From an archaeon (GTDB lineage: Archaea > Nanobdellota > Nanobdellia > Woesearchaeales > UBA9642), in contig JAGVGF010000005.1 of NCBI GenBank assembly GCA_020057295.1, positions 32,001 to 96,000 on the forward strand: a DNA stretch of 64,000 nucleotides, given 5' to 3'. How positions within the stretch are numbered: position 1 is the first letter of the stretch; every line of letters starts with the position of its first letter. The notes below the pieces were generated by a model. That model had not been told where the DNA came from. It worked only from the letters and a program-made list of their open reading frames with translations, and ran no database searches. Made by a program: the position numbers and the translations under genes. Shown one piece after another: positions 28,932 through 38,945 of this stretch.

Positions 28932-30125
28932 ATGGATGCAAAAAAATATGTTGGGGAAAATGGGAGAATAAGCTGTGAATTCATATTTGATGAGTATAAT
29001 GGTAATAATTATCAAAGTGATTTAAAGAATTGGATAGCATATCAGGAACGAAGGACCGAGGAAAATCCTGAAGATTTAAGTTACAAATTTTTAGATCTTA
29101 AACATTATCCTATTATCCCTTATCAAACTTTCAAAGATGAGGTTGTAAGATTATTCGGGATGTGTCTTACACAGATGATTAAGAATGATTCTCAATTAGT
29201 TAAAGGAGATAAATTAAATATACAGATAAAATTGCTTAGTGTAAAAGCTTCTGAAGATTATTTTAATTATGATGAAGATTCTTCAAATCCTGAAGTTGCA
29301 TGTTTTACGGGGCCAGGAGGATGGTTTTTACAACATTTAGTCTCACAATGGATATATTTGAAACGAATAGATTATAGAAATGTAGAACGTTTCTTTACGG
29401 AAAGGATAAGATTACATTATGGATATCAAGAAAAAGAATACTCGTTTGCAAATAAATACGAGAAAAACTTTAAAGGACTTCCTGGAATTGCGCATACTTA
29501 CTGTCTTAAATATCTTTATGCTTCAGTATTTTATTTGAAAGAAGATGGTTTAAAAGATTTTATAGTTAAGACAAGAGATTTTGGTGCTTTTGAGATAAGA
29601 CCTAATGCTATAGAAGCATACAGTTCACATATTGCGCATCTTGCAGAATTAACATCTAAATATGCTAAGACATATTATGAATCTTATCTTGGTGAGGGGA
29701 ATGTTACTGCAGAAAGTGAAACTTCAATAGGAAGAGTTATTTGTACGATTATTGCAATGCATATTTCTAAGACTCAAGGAAGAAATTATACTGTTGTTGT
29801 GAAATCACAAGAATTCAAGAATACTGATATCACAAGCTTTGATGCACTTTTCGCTTCTCAATATGCTCAGAAGATAATTATTAAAGATTTTCATCCAAAA
29901 GTCATAACTGAAACTATAGACACACTAAAGAATATTGATCAACCCATAATCTTTCTTAAAGTGTATGAGGAAGCATGTAAGAGTCTTGGAGTAAGTAATA
30001 AGAATATAGCACTTACTGCTACACAATTCTATTCGCTTGTTCGAAAAGCTATTTCTACTGCTGAAGTATATTATGCTAGTAAAATGACTGAAAAAGGTTT
30101 TGATGGTACAGTCATGAAAAGTTAA
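28932..30125 (+). CDS. Hypothetical protein
   Basis: ~397-aa ORF starting 4 nt after the regulator stop. Confidence 0.65.
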   Translation: MDAKKYVGENGRISCEFIFDEYNGNNYQSDLKNWIAYQERRTEENPEDLSYKFLDLKHYPIIPYQTFKDEVVRLFGMCLTQMIKNDSQLVKGDKLNIQIKLLSVKASEDYFNYDEDSSNPEVACFTGPGGWFLQHLVSQWIYLKRIDYRNVERFFTERIRLHYGYQEKEYSFANKYEKNFKGLPGIAHTYCLKYLYASVFYLKEDGLKDFIVKTRDFGAFEIRPNAIEAYSSHIAHLAELTSKYAKTYYESYLGEGNVTAESETSIGRVICTIIAMHISKTQGRNYTVVVKSQEFKNTDITSFDALFASQYAQKIIIKDFHPKVITETIDTLKNIDQPIIFLKVYEEACKSLGVSNKNIALTATQFYSLVRKAISTAEVYYASKMTEKGFDGTVMKS

Positions 30126-30239
30126 TGTTTCTGTACGTATTTATAATCATTCTATCATAGAAAATTTGTGTTACTACGCAAAAATTTATAAATAGATGAT
30201 TACATACTTAAGGTATTGATAGTTTGAGGGTGTATTCGT

Positions 30240-31061
30240 ATGAATATGAAAAAATTCAAGAAATTTTTTGTTAACATTTTTCACGGTTTAAAGGGTGCAG
30301 CGATATTTTTTATGCTTAGTGTTATGTTCTTCGCATTCCTAAAGATATTATATATTTTACTTGATAGAAACTTATTATTATCTAAATATACTATCGGATG
30401 GATAATGGCCGCGTTTGTCGTTGTAGGATTCATCTATGGCTTGATTGCGTATAGAAAGAAGAATCATCATTATAAAGTTTATACGTTAACTGCAAAGAAT
30501 TTTGTGATTAATCTTTTGTTGACTATAGTATTCACAGGATATTTCTGGTATGTTCTACGTAATAAGATAATTCCATCTAATACAATATACTTATTTTTTG
30601 TATTAGCATTTGTTCTATTTTACGCGTTCAGTGCTCTAATAAGCAATATTCATCATCACGTCAGTAAGAAACAGCATAAGAGAATAAGAAAGAGCACAAT
30701 ACTTGCTGCTATTGTTTTTAATCCTATATTTGTATTAATATATTTATGGCTATTCAGCATGGTCGTATATAATGCAGTATATGTTCCATGTGGTGTGAGT
30801 GCTGTAGGTGTGGATAGAAATGTTTATGCTACTAGTACTAAGAATTTGGGCATTATGCCTCAGGAAAGAATTATTTCTATTGATAATGTTCCTGTGAAAT
30901 CTTTACAAGATGTTAAGGATTATATGAATTCTTTACAAGTTACTAAAGAGGTTACTGTAGAAACAATTAATCAAACATATCTTGTTAAAACATATCAAGT
31001 TGATGATAAGCGTTACATGGGATTGTTGTTACAGGAAGAAGTTTGTCCTAGAACATACTAA
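30240..31061 (+). CDS. Multi-pass membrane protein with C-terminal PDZ-like domain
   Basis: About 5 TM helices; GIMPQERIISIDNVPVKS. Confidence 0.7.
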   Translation: MNMKKFKKFFVNIFHGLKGAAIFFMLSVMFFAFLKILYILLDRNLLLSKYTIGWIMAAFVVVGFIYGLIAYRKKNHHYKVYTLTAKNFVINLLLTIVFTGYFWYVLRNKIIPSNTIYLFFVLAFVLFYAFSALISNIHHHVSKKQHKRIRKSTILAAIVFNPIFVLIYLWLFSMVVYNAVYVPCGVSAVGVDRNVYATSTKNLGIMPQERIISIDNVPVKSLQDVKDYMNSLQVTKEVTVETINQTYLVKTYQVDDKRYMGLLLQEEVCPRTY

Positions 31062-31119
31062 TTTTTTATTCTATTTCTTATAACAAACTATTTAAAGGAG
31101 TTTGGAGTATTTTATTTCT

Positions 31120-31701
31120 ATGAGTGGTGAGTTTGGTAGTTATAATAAGTTTTCTATGCCTCCAGAGCATGTGAAATTAATTGAGATTAAGATTAAGAGG
31201 ATTGGACAATTATTTAATTCATTTGATCCTAGCCCGTTTCTTGAAAAAGATCTTGATGATGATGCATTCGAGTATATTGTTAGTAGTGTTTCTGAACATG
31301 CTCATAAAATTAAGCAGAAAATACTTATACATTTGCCTAAGAATCAGCGTACTAAAATGTCTGAAGTTGAAATAAGGAGAGCTATTCATAATTATTTTGA
31401 GTATAAGAAGATTCTTGCTGAACGTGAAATTAAATTAAAATTACGTGAAGGAGAATTTAGCCTAATAATTGGTATAATCTTTTTAGTGGCTTGTTTATGG
31501 ATTAGGAATTGGCTTTTAGGAATTCCTGATATTGCACAAACTGTATGGACACATATTCTTATTGAAGGTTTACTTATTGGTGGATGGGTTGCAATGTGGA
31601 AGCCAATCTCTGATATATTGTATGAATGGTGGCCATTATACAAAGAAAAAAGTATTTTCCACAAGATTTCTGATATGGATATAGAATTTAGATATACTTA
31701 A
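31120..31701 (+). CDS. Conserved hypothetical membrane protein
   Basis: QLFNSFDPSPFLEKDLD and EGLLIGGWVAMWKP motifs; 2 TM. Confidence 0.75.
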   Translation: MSGEFGSYNKFSMPPEHVKLIEIKIKRIGQLFNSFDPSPFLEKDLDDDAFEYIVSSVSEHAHKIKQKILIHLPKNQRTKMSEVEIRRAIHNYFEYKKILAEREIKLKLREGEFSLIIGIIFLVACLWIRNWLLGIPDIAQTVWTHILIEGLLIGGWVAMWKPISDILYEWWPLYKEKSIFHKISDMDIEFRYT

Positions 31702-31713
31702 ATTAATATATTC

Positions 31714-32502
31714 TTATACTAGTCCTTGTAAAGCATATCCTATAAGATATGCTGCTCCAGAAGCAATTCCGCCAACAACGAGCATTTCCAATCCTGATAA
31801 GAACCAGTTCTTTCCTGTAACATACGTTTTTAACGCTCCTAGCGCGAAAAGTGTTAATGCTGTAAGAATTATTGCAACCAAAAGCATATTTAGAACTATT
31901 CCAAAAAATATTGCTAGAACAAACGCAAGCAAAGGAATAAATCCGAATAAAATAAAAGATCCAAATGTTACTAACGCGTTTTTTATTGGAGATTCCTCGT
32001 CTTGTAAGATTCCTAATTCTTCAACCATCATTAAATCTACAAATGCTTTCTTATTCTTCTCCATAATCGCAACAACTTTTTCTGATTCTTCTTTTGTATA
32101 TCCTTTATCCATATAAAGTTCGACCATCTCTTTATGTTCTCCTTCAGGATAATTTTCTACTTCCCACTCTTCTCTCTTACGCTCTTTCTTATGATATTCC
32201 TGTTCAGATTTAGTGCTAAGATAATCACCCACAGCCATGGATATTCCATCACCTATAAGGTTTGCAAATCCTAAAATAAGAACTACTCCAGAAGATAATG
32301 ATGCTCCTGCAGCTCCAGCCACGACAGCAAATGTTGTAATTATACCATCTAGACCACCGTAGATTGCACTTTTTATGTATGTTCCTGAAGTCATGTGTGG
32401 TTCAGGAGGTTCTAAAGATTTAGAAGAATGTATTTTGATAGTTTCTTTAATATCTTTATGTTCGAATGCTTCTCTCGCCTTTTCTAGATTTCTTGTAATC
32501 AT
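31714..32502 (-). CDS. VIT1/CCC1 family Fe/Mn transporter
   Basis: YGGLDGIITTFAVV, GFANLIGDGISMA, MMVEELG. Confidence 0.94.
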   Translation of the reverse strand: MITRNLEKAREAFEHKDIKETIKIHSSKSLEPPEPHMTSGTYIKSAIYGGLDGIITTFAVVAGAAGASLSSGVVLILGFANLIGDGISMAVGDYLSTKSEQEYHKKERKREEWEVENYPEGEHKEMVELYMDKGYTKEESEKVVAIMEKNKKAFVDLMMVEELGILQDEESPIKNALVTFGSFILFGFIPLLAFVLAIFFGIVLNMLLVAIILTALTLFALGALKTYVTGKNWFLSGLEMLVVGGIASGAAYLIGYALQGLV

Positions 32503-32513
32503 TGTTTAAGCAA

Positions 32514-33077
32514 TTATATTTTTCCAACTAAATTTAGTCCCGGCTTTAATGTTTTGCTTCCTGGCTTCCAACTTGCTGGACAGACTTCTCCACCATTCTT
32601 TTCAACGAATTGTGCCGCTTCTATCTTTCTTATTAATTCTTCAACACTTCGCCCAATACTGTTATCATGTAACTCGATTGTTTTTATGAATCCTTTTGGA
32701 TCTATGATGAATGTTGCTCTTAATGATAATCCTTCTGATTCGATTAATGTTCCGTACGCGTTACATATAGTGTGTGTTGGATCTGCTACCATCGGAAATG
32801 CTATTTTCTTTATTGTTTCTGAATTATCATGCCATGCTTTATGTACAAATGTTGTGTCTACACTTACACTTAGAACTTCTGTATTTAATTTCTTTAAAGT
32901 TTCGTAATGATCTGCGAGTTCTCCAAGTTCTGTCGGACATACAAATGTGAAATCTGCTGGATAAAAGAATAGTATAACCCATTTTCCTTTGTAATCTTTT
33001 AATGACACAGTATTTATTTGCTCATTTTGAAATGTTTCTGCCGTAAATTCCGGCGCTTTCTCATTTATCTTAACCAT
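32514..33077 (-). CDS. ahpC: 2-Cys peroxiredoxin AhpC
   Basis: FYPADFTFVCPTE, GEVCPASW. Confidence 0.96.
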   Translation of the reverse strand: MVKINEKAPEFTAETFQNEQINTVSLKDYKGKWVILFFYPADFTFVCPTELGELADHYETLKKLNTEVLSVSVDTTFVHKAWHDNSETIKKIAFPMVADPTHTICNAYGTLIESEGLSLRATFIIDPKGFIKTIELHDNSIGRSVEELIRKIEAAQFVEKNGGEVCPASWKPGSKTLKPGLNLVGKI

Positions 33078-33109
33078 TTTTTCACCCTATATTTTATTAA
33101 TCTAACAAA

Positions 33110-34006
33110 TTACTTCTTTGTTGATAAATAATCATATACTCCGAGTGATGCTGTGCATCCTTGGCCTGCTGATATTGCTAATTGTTTGTATGGATTATTT
33201 ACTACATCTCCTGCTGCAAACAATCCTTCTGTGCTTGTCATTCCTTTATTGTCTACTGCTAAATATCCGAATGAGTCTAATTGTACTAATGCTTTTATTG
33301 GTTCTGTGATTGGAGTATAACCTACATTAATTATTATTCCTTGAACTTCAATTTCTCTATTATCTTCAAGAACTATTGATGTAACTAGTTTATCTCCCTT
33401 TATTTCCTTTACTCGAGCATTATTTATTATTTCTACTTTAGGATTTGATATTAATTTATCGGCAAGTATTGGATCTCCTTTTAATGAAGGATTTTTATTT
33501 ATTAAATATACCTTGCTTGCTAAGTCTGCCATATATATTGCGCTTGTTAATCCGTTATTTCCTGCTCCAACAACTGCTACAATCTTATTTTTGAATAATG
33601 GTCCATCACATGTTGAACAATATGTTACCCCTCGTGACTTGAATTCTTGTTCGCCTTTTGCTCCTAGTTCCCTATATTTTGATCCTGTCGCCCATAATAC
33701 TGTTTTTGATTCGTATGTGTTTCCGTATGTTTTGATTATAAAGATATTATTTTCTTTCTTAACTTCTACTACTGCATCTTCTATTATTTCTACATTGAAA
33801 CTTTTTAAGTGTTCTACATAATTATTTGCTAATTCTCTTCCATCAATACTTTTTATTCCTGGCCAATTCTCTACATATGTAGTGTTTTGTATTTCTCCAC
33901 CTAGTTCTGGACTGATTATTGCAAATTTCATTTCCTTTCTTGCGGCGTAGATTGCTGCAGTTATTCCTGCTAAACCCCCGCCAACAATTATTAAATCATA
34001 TACCAT
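33110..34006 (-). CDS. trxB: Thioredoxin-disulfide reductase
   Basis: GGGLAG, GVTYCSTCDG, VVGAGN, FAAGD. Confidence 0.93.
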   Translation of the reverse strand: MVYDLIIVGGGLAGITAAIYAARKEMKFAIISPELGGEIQNTTYVENWPGIKSIDGRELANNYVEHLKSFNVEIIEDAVVEVKKENNIFIIKTYGNTYESKTVLWATGSKYRELGAKGEQEFKSRGVTYCSTCDGPLFKNKIVAVVGAGNNGLTSAIYMADLASKVYLINKNPSLKGDPILADKLISNPKVEIINNARVKEIKGDKLVTSIVLEDNREIEVQGIIINVGYTPITEPIKALVQLDSFGYLAVDNKGMTSTEGLFAAGDVVNNPYKQLAISAGQGCTASLGVYDYLSTKK

Positions 34007-34203
34007 ATCATCACCTTAATTGCGTAATATAAAAATGTTATCATGACGCTAGTGCTAGTTAATGCACATTCGTTTATATATCTACTGGAGAAGTGAATTT
34101 ATGCTAAAATTTATGCACATCGCAAAAAAGTAGTCATAATTCATCATATTTAAAAAAGAAAGGGCATTACTGAGCTATAACAACAGTAGTAGAGGTAATT
34201 AAC

Positions 34204-34416
34204 ATGAAAGGAACAGTAAAATTTTATAACGAAGGAAAACATTTTGGATTTATAGCAGGAGAGGACGGTACAGAATATTTTGTACATGAGTCAGGACTTA
34301 CTTCAGGAACAAGAATAACAGAGAATGATTCTGTAGAGTTTGATACTGAAAAAGGCGACAAAGGCATGAAAGCAGTACAAGTAAAGAAAGCAACTGCTGA
34401 AGTAACACAAATATAA
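34204..34416 (+). CDS. Cold-shock domain protein
   Basis: MKGTVKFY, GFI (RNP1), FVH (RNP2); SD GAGGT. Confidence 0.95.
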   Translation: MKGTVKFYNEGKHFGFIAGEDGTEYFVHESGLTSGTRITENDSVEFDTEKGDKGMKAVQVKKATAEVTQI

Positions 34417-34430
34417 ATTCTTTTTATTTT

Positions 34431-35357
34431 TTAATTAGTTATAGGCGGAGCTCTATAGATTAATGATACTATTATCGAGATAGCTAATGCTGCAAAGACT
34501 ACGCCTAATGAAATTGGTAAGGATATATGAATAAAGTCTTTGAATACCATTTTTGCTCCTATGAAGAATAGTATGAATGCTAGGCCGTAATTTAAGTATC
34601 TGAATAATTCATGCACTTTTGCAATTACGAAATATAACGATCTTAATCCTAATATTGCGAAGATATTTGATGTGAATACTATGAACGGGTCTGTTGTTAT
34701 GCCGAAGATTGCAGGGATTGAATCTAGTGCAAATACTAAGTCTGTAAATTCTATTACTAATAATGTAACGAACATTATTGTTACTCCTGATTTTACGAAT
34801 AATTTGCCATTTTCATGATTTCTTGATACAGGGATTATTTTATGGATTGTTCTTACAATCCAACTCTTGTGTGGATCATAATCATCATCTACTTTAAAGA
34901 GCATCTTTATTGCTGAATATATCAAAAACGCGCCAAATATGTAGAATAACCAATCAAATTTAGTTATTAACACACTTCCTGCACCAATTAATATTCCTCT
35001 TAATACTAACGCTCCTACAATACCCCAGAATAAGATTTTATGCTGATACTTTCCTTCTATTTTAAAAGATGCGAATATTAAGAATATTACGAAAATATTA
35101 TCTATACTTAATGATTTTTCTAATAAATAGCCTCCTAAGAATTGTAAGCCTACTTCTGAACCAAACTCTAACCATACGAACAAGTTAAATATTAAAGAAA
35201 CTGTAATCCATATAGTTGTCCACATTAAAGCTTCCTTAATTGATGGTGTGTGTTTCTTTTTATTGAAAATTCCTAAGTCTAAGAATAAGAATATTGCAAT
35301 TAGTATTAGAAATCCTATCCACATGAATATTGGAGGAATGCCTGGAATATTTACCAT
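34431..35357 (-). CDS. TerC/Alx family membrane protein
   Basis: EKSLSIDNIFV, DLVFALDSIPAI, SNIFAILGLRSLYF. Confidence 0.95.
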   Translation of the reverse strand: MVNIPGIPPIFMWIGFLILIAIFLFLDLGIFNKKKHTPSIKEALMWTTIWITVSLIFNLFVWLEFGSEVGLQFLGGYLLEKSLSIDNIFVIFLIFASFKIEGKYQHKILFWGIVGALVLRGILIGAGSVLITKFDWLFYIFGAFLIYSAIKMLFKVDDDYDPHKSWIVRTIHKIIPVSRNHENGKLFVKSGVTIMFVTLLVIEFTDLVFALDSIPAIFGITTDPFIVFTSNIFAILGLRSLYFVIAKVHELFRYLNYGLAFILFFIGAKMVFKDFIHISLPISLGVVFAALAISIIVSLIYRAPPITN

Positions 35358-35403
35358 AAGTTTAGAATAGGAAATTGTGTTATAAAGGTTATTGTTGTAC
35401 GGA

Positions 35404-35436
35404 AGGTTTACGCATACTTCGGAAAATTTACGAAAA
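35404..35436 (+). repeat. Dispersed imperfect repeat, copy 1
   Basis: AGGTTTACGCATACTTCGGAAAATTTACGAAAA; 26/33 identical to 36862-36894 by manual count. Confidence 0.55.
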
Positions 35437-35518
35437 TTCTTAAGAAATACTTATTAATAATACTTAATTCTCTTTAATATAATAAAATTTATAATCTATA
35501 GCGTACTATATAGTTACT

Positions 35519-35752
35519 ATGGTAACAACAATACAAGTTAGTGATGATTTACTCAAAGAATTAAAGTCTATGAAACGTCATGACAAGGAAAGTTATGAGG
35601 ATATCATTTGGGACTTAATCGAGGATAGGATGGAACTATCAGAAGAAACTAAAAAGAACATCAAAGAATCTGAGAAGCAGATTGCTGAAGGAAAAACAGT
35701 ATCTCTTGAAGAAGTTAAGAGAAAAATCATGAGCAGGAAATGTACAAAATAG
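35519..35752 (+). CDS. Putative RelB-like antitoxin (RHH)
   Basis: TTIQVS...LK.MK....ESYEDII; C-terminal IAEGKTVSLEEV; overlaps relE. Confidence 0.85.
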   Translation: MVTTIQVSDDLLKELKSMKRHDKESYEDIIWDLIEDRMELSEETKKNIKESEKQIAEGKTVSLEEVKRKIMSRKCTK

Positions 35753-35988
35753 AATTCTCAGAAAAGGCAGAAAAGCAATTGCAAAAACTCGAGGATGATA
35801 CTGCTATAAGAATAGTGTCGTCTCTTGAAAGAACAACCGTCAGACCGTATTATTTTGTAAAAAGATTGGAAGGAACAAAATATTATAGATTCAGAGTAGG
35901 AGATTACAGAATAATTCTAGACATACAAAATGACAGATTAATTATTATAGTAATAGAATTAGGACACAGAAAGAACATCTATAAGTAA
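35740..35988 (+). CDS. relE: RelE/ParE family toxin
   Basis: YKIEFSEKAEKQL, YRFRVGDYRII, LGHRKNIY. Confidence 0.93.
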   Translation: MYKIEFSEKAEKQLQKLEDDTAIRIVSSLERTTVRPYYFVKRLEGTKYYRFRVGDYRIILDIQNDRLIIIVIELGHRKNIYK

Positions 35989-36019
35989 ACTTTATAATTT
36001 CCTACAGATATGTTTTTTT

Positions 36020-36862
36020 ATGGGCTGGCTTAATAACATGTTTAGTTCTGATGAAAAACATGCTTCAGATATTGATGTTGATGAAGGATTAGTTCTAAAT
36101 GGTTTGCAAGTGTATAAGGATACATTTCCTGAGAAGAAAAGACTCATTAATAATTTACCTTACTTATTTGGTGAGAAGAATAATGTTATACTTAAATTAA
36201 GAAAGATAATTGAGAGTGAATTAATAGATTTAAAGCTAGATAAGGAAAAAGAGGTTATTAATAATATTCATGCTCTTGAACATTCTGAAAAGATTAAGCG
36301 AGTTCAAAAATTAGAAACATGTTTAGGGAATGCTTCAACTAAGTATGAGCACGTTTACGAATTAACAAGATACTTGTATAGTACACTTGTTTCTGAGATT
36401 GAATTACTTGATTCTAATTGCGATGTACGTAAGTTTAGGAAAATTACTTCATTATTACAAAAAAATATATTAGTTGAAGAATCTATTTTAAATCAGATAC
36501 AAGAGATTAGGACGTTTCATACACTATTTTTAGAACTACTTACTGGAGAACATGCTATTCATAAGATGGATGCTGCTGAGAAAAGACTGATTAAGTTGTT
36601 TTCTAAGGAAATGCCTATTGACGGAATTACAGATAAATGGGTTATGGCTGTTTTTAACGGAATGGAAGATAAGATACATGAGATGGTTGCTCAGGGTGTA
36701 ATAGATAATCATCCTACAATGGATTTCGAATTTGTTAATCGAGCTGAATTTGTTTCCTTTGCTCGCGAGAAAATATTCCAATTGAAAGGCCGATCCGTTC
36801 CTGAAAGCTTTATTACTGCATTCGTCCATTCTTTCCGCGAGAAATATAATAGAGAGATGTAA
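36020..36862 (+). CDS. Hypothetical helical protein
   Basis: 280-aa ORF, TATA-like upstream; no recognised motif. Confidence 0.65.
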   Translation: MGWLNNMFSSDEKHASDIDVDEGLVLNGLQVYKDTFPEKKRLINNLPYLFGEKNNVILKLRKIIESELIDLKLDKEKEVINNIHALEHSEKIKRVQKLETCLGNASTKYEHVYELTRYLYSTLVSEIELLDSNCDVRKFRKITSLLQKNILVEESILNQIQEIRTFHTLFLELLTGEHAIHKMDAAEKRLIKLFSKEMPIDGITDKWVMAVFNGMEDKIHEMVAQGVIDNHPTMDFEFVNRAEFVSFAREKIFQLKGRSVPESFITAFVHSFREKYNREM

Positions 36863-36894
36863 GATTTACGGATTTCTCGAAAGATTTACGAAAA
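36862..36894 (+). repeat. Dispersed imperfect repeat, copy 2
   Basis: AGATTTACGGATTTCTCGAAAGATTTACGAAAA. Confidence 0.55.
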
Positions 36895-36937
36895 AAGATA
36901 AGAAGAAGATATATAGAATTCTTTTGTTATTATTAGA

Positions 36938-37096
36938 ATGACTAAGTTGCCAAAGTTCAAAGTATATACTGTTGATTTTAAATTACGACAATTTAGAATT
37001 GTCGACCTAAAAAATTCAAAAATAAAATTTATTGACTTTGATTCTAAAGAAGGAAAAACAATATTAAATGAGTTTAGAACTCAATACGAGAAGTGA
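36938..37096 (+). CDS. Small hypothetical protein (52 aa)
   Basis: Read manually: MTKLPKFKVYTVDFKLRQFRIVDLKNSKIKFIDFDSKEGKTILNEFRTQYEK; below ORF-track cutoff. Confidence 0.6.
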   Translation: MTKLPKFKVYTVDFKLRQFRIVDLKNSKIKFIDFDSKEGKTILNEFRTQYEK

Positions 37097-38945
37097 AAAA
37101 GTTTTCTGTATTCTTATCTAAGAAATAAACATAACAACCTTTCATTCCTCTTGTTAGTAATACTCTATAAACATTTTTTATAAATCTTGTAAATTCTTCA
37201 TCAGAAGCTTTTTTTACCATACTATCGGCAGAATTTTCTTTTTTACCAATCCATTCGCTTTTTTCTGGATTATAAACTAAGTCTCTTCCAAATATTACTC
37301 CAACATATTCAAATTCAAATCCTTGTATAGTATAGATGCTTCCACATTGGCTTACACCGTTAGGATCATAAGCCCATAAAGATGCCTTTACAACTCCAGG
37401 AGCTACCTTTTTAGAATCGCTCTTAGCTTCCCAAGTCATTCTGAAATCTCCTATAACAACATCTTCTACTAATGTTCCGTCTGGTTTCGTATCGCTCCAT
37501 TGCCAACAAAATCCTGCAGCCATTCTTGCACTATTTGGTTTTTCTTTATTTTTTTCTTGTATTGCTTCATATAGTGCTTTAGGAGAATTAAATATTTTGA
37601 AATCCATTTTCTCACTTTTATCTAATATTCTATTAGCAGTTTCTCTAACACCTAAAGTATTATCAACCCATAGCAAATATCCGTCAGAACCGCTACATCT
37701 GAATTGCGTTTTAAGTTCAAATTCAAATATTTCAGCACCTAATTTCTCAGCGTGTTTTTTAATCATATCAGTGCTTCCTATCTCATCAGGTCTAACACCT
37801 TGATAATCATCAATAAAAAATATACATAGCTTTGCAACTTTTAATAATTCGTCTATTTGAGGCAAGTCTGTTCTAAATTCTGCTTTAGTATATCTATTAT
37901 TACTTGTTTTTCTTATTCTATGAGCTTCATCACATATAAGAACATCTAAGTCGTTCTCTTTAGCTGTCGCAAAACTATTAAAGTATTTGAATAAATTTGC
38001 AATTCTTGCACCAACAATTTTTCTTAATGTTGACGTGAATGCTGCAGAACCTGTTGCATGATAAACTTTATGACCTTTTTTTAGCAACTCCGCTAAAACA
38101 TTTAGAGCTATAACAGATTTTCCAGTTCCTGGTCCACCTTGAACGATTATAACGGATTTTTTATTTAATGAAGCAATCTTTTTCGCACGGTCTACAATGG
38201 TATTGTATGCTGTTATCTGTTCATCAATCAATGTAAATGCTTGATTGCCTTCCATTGTGCTTCTTGTATGTTCTAATAATTTTTTAGAAGGAGTTATAGG
38301 ACTATTAGAGAATCTATTAAATATATCTAAACCTTTACCTTTCTCTAATTTTTCTTTTAGGTATTCTCCTAATTGACTAAAATCTTCTTTTGCGAAAAGT
38401 GGAAAATCTTTTAGTATATCTTGAAATTTTTGCCTGAATAGAACAGCATCTCCATCTCTAGAATAATTGTGGCAATATGCGCAAGAGTATAAATCCATTC
38501 CTTGTTCTTCGAATACCTGTATGAAATCTTTTAGGAAGAAATGATATCCTCTTACTTGAATACAAGGATGTGGTTCCATCCTTTTAGCTCCGCCAACAAA
38601 TGTTAAAATATTGCCTTCTATTTCTGAATCATCAACCGATGACCATTGTTTTAGTTCTATAACAACAACATTGTCTTCGCTATCTCTACCTTTACCAAAA
38701 AGTAAACAATCAATTCTATTTGTAGAGTATGGTATTTCATACTCTAAGATAATCATATTATCTAATAATGCGTTTTCCTGAATTGCGCTTTTTACAAATT
38801 GTAAAGAATTATTCCAAGAAGTATATTCTCCAGGAGAAACTTGCCTGCCATAATAATCATGAAAAGATCTCTTTAATTTTTCCGCTATTTGATTTTGAAC
38901 AGTATCTTCTATAAATTGTTTAGACGTTCCTGCGTATAATCTCAT
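37074..38945 (-). CDS. DUF2075 / Schlafen group-3-like SF1 helicase with N-terminal PD-(D/E)xK-like nuclease
   Basis: EY..P...RID...VVVIELKQW; Walker A GGPGTGKS; DEAHR; QFRCSGS; TIQGFE; YRVLLTRG. Confidence 0.88.
   Translation of the reverse strand: MRLYAGTSKQFIEDTVQNQIAEKLKRSFHDYYGRQVSPGEYTSWNNSLQFVKSAIQENALLDNMIILEYEIPYSTNRIDCLLFGKGRDSEDNVVVIELKQWSSVDDSEIEGNILTFVGGAKRMEPHPCIQVRGYHFFLKDFIQVFEEQGMDLYSCAYCHNYSRDGDAVLFRQKFQDILKDFPLFAKEDFSQLGEYLKEKLEKGKGLDIFNRFSNSPITPSKKLLEHTRSTMEGNQAFTLIDEQITAYNTIVDRAKKIASLNKKSVIIVQGGPGTGKSVIALNVLAELLKKGHKVYHATGSAAFTSTLRKIVGARIANLFKYFNSFATAKENDLDVLICDEAHRIRKTSNNRYTKAEFRTDLPQIDELLKVAKLCIFFIDDYQGVRPDEIGSTDMIKKHAEKLGAEIFEFELKTQFRCSGSDGYLLWVDNTLGVRETANRILDKSEKMDFKIFNSPKALYEAIQEKNKEKPNSARMAAGFCWQWSDTKPDGTLVEDVVIGDFRMTWEAKSDSKKVAPGVVKASLWAYDPNGVSQCGSIYTIQGFEFEYVGVIFGRDLVYNPEKSEWIGKKENSADSMVKKASDEEFTRFIKNVYRVLLTRGMKGCYVYFLDKNTENFFTSRIEF

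Noticed and set aside
28932-30125. Zinc metallopeptidase guess
   Set aside because: No HExxH motif (FTERIRLH only); unsupported
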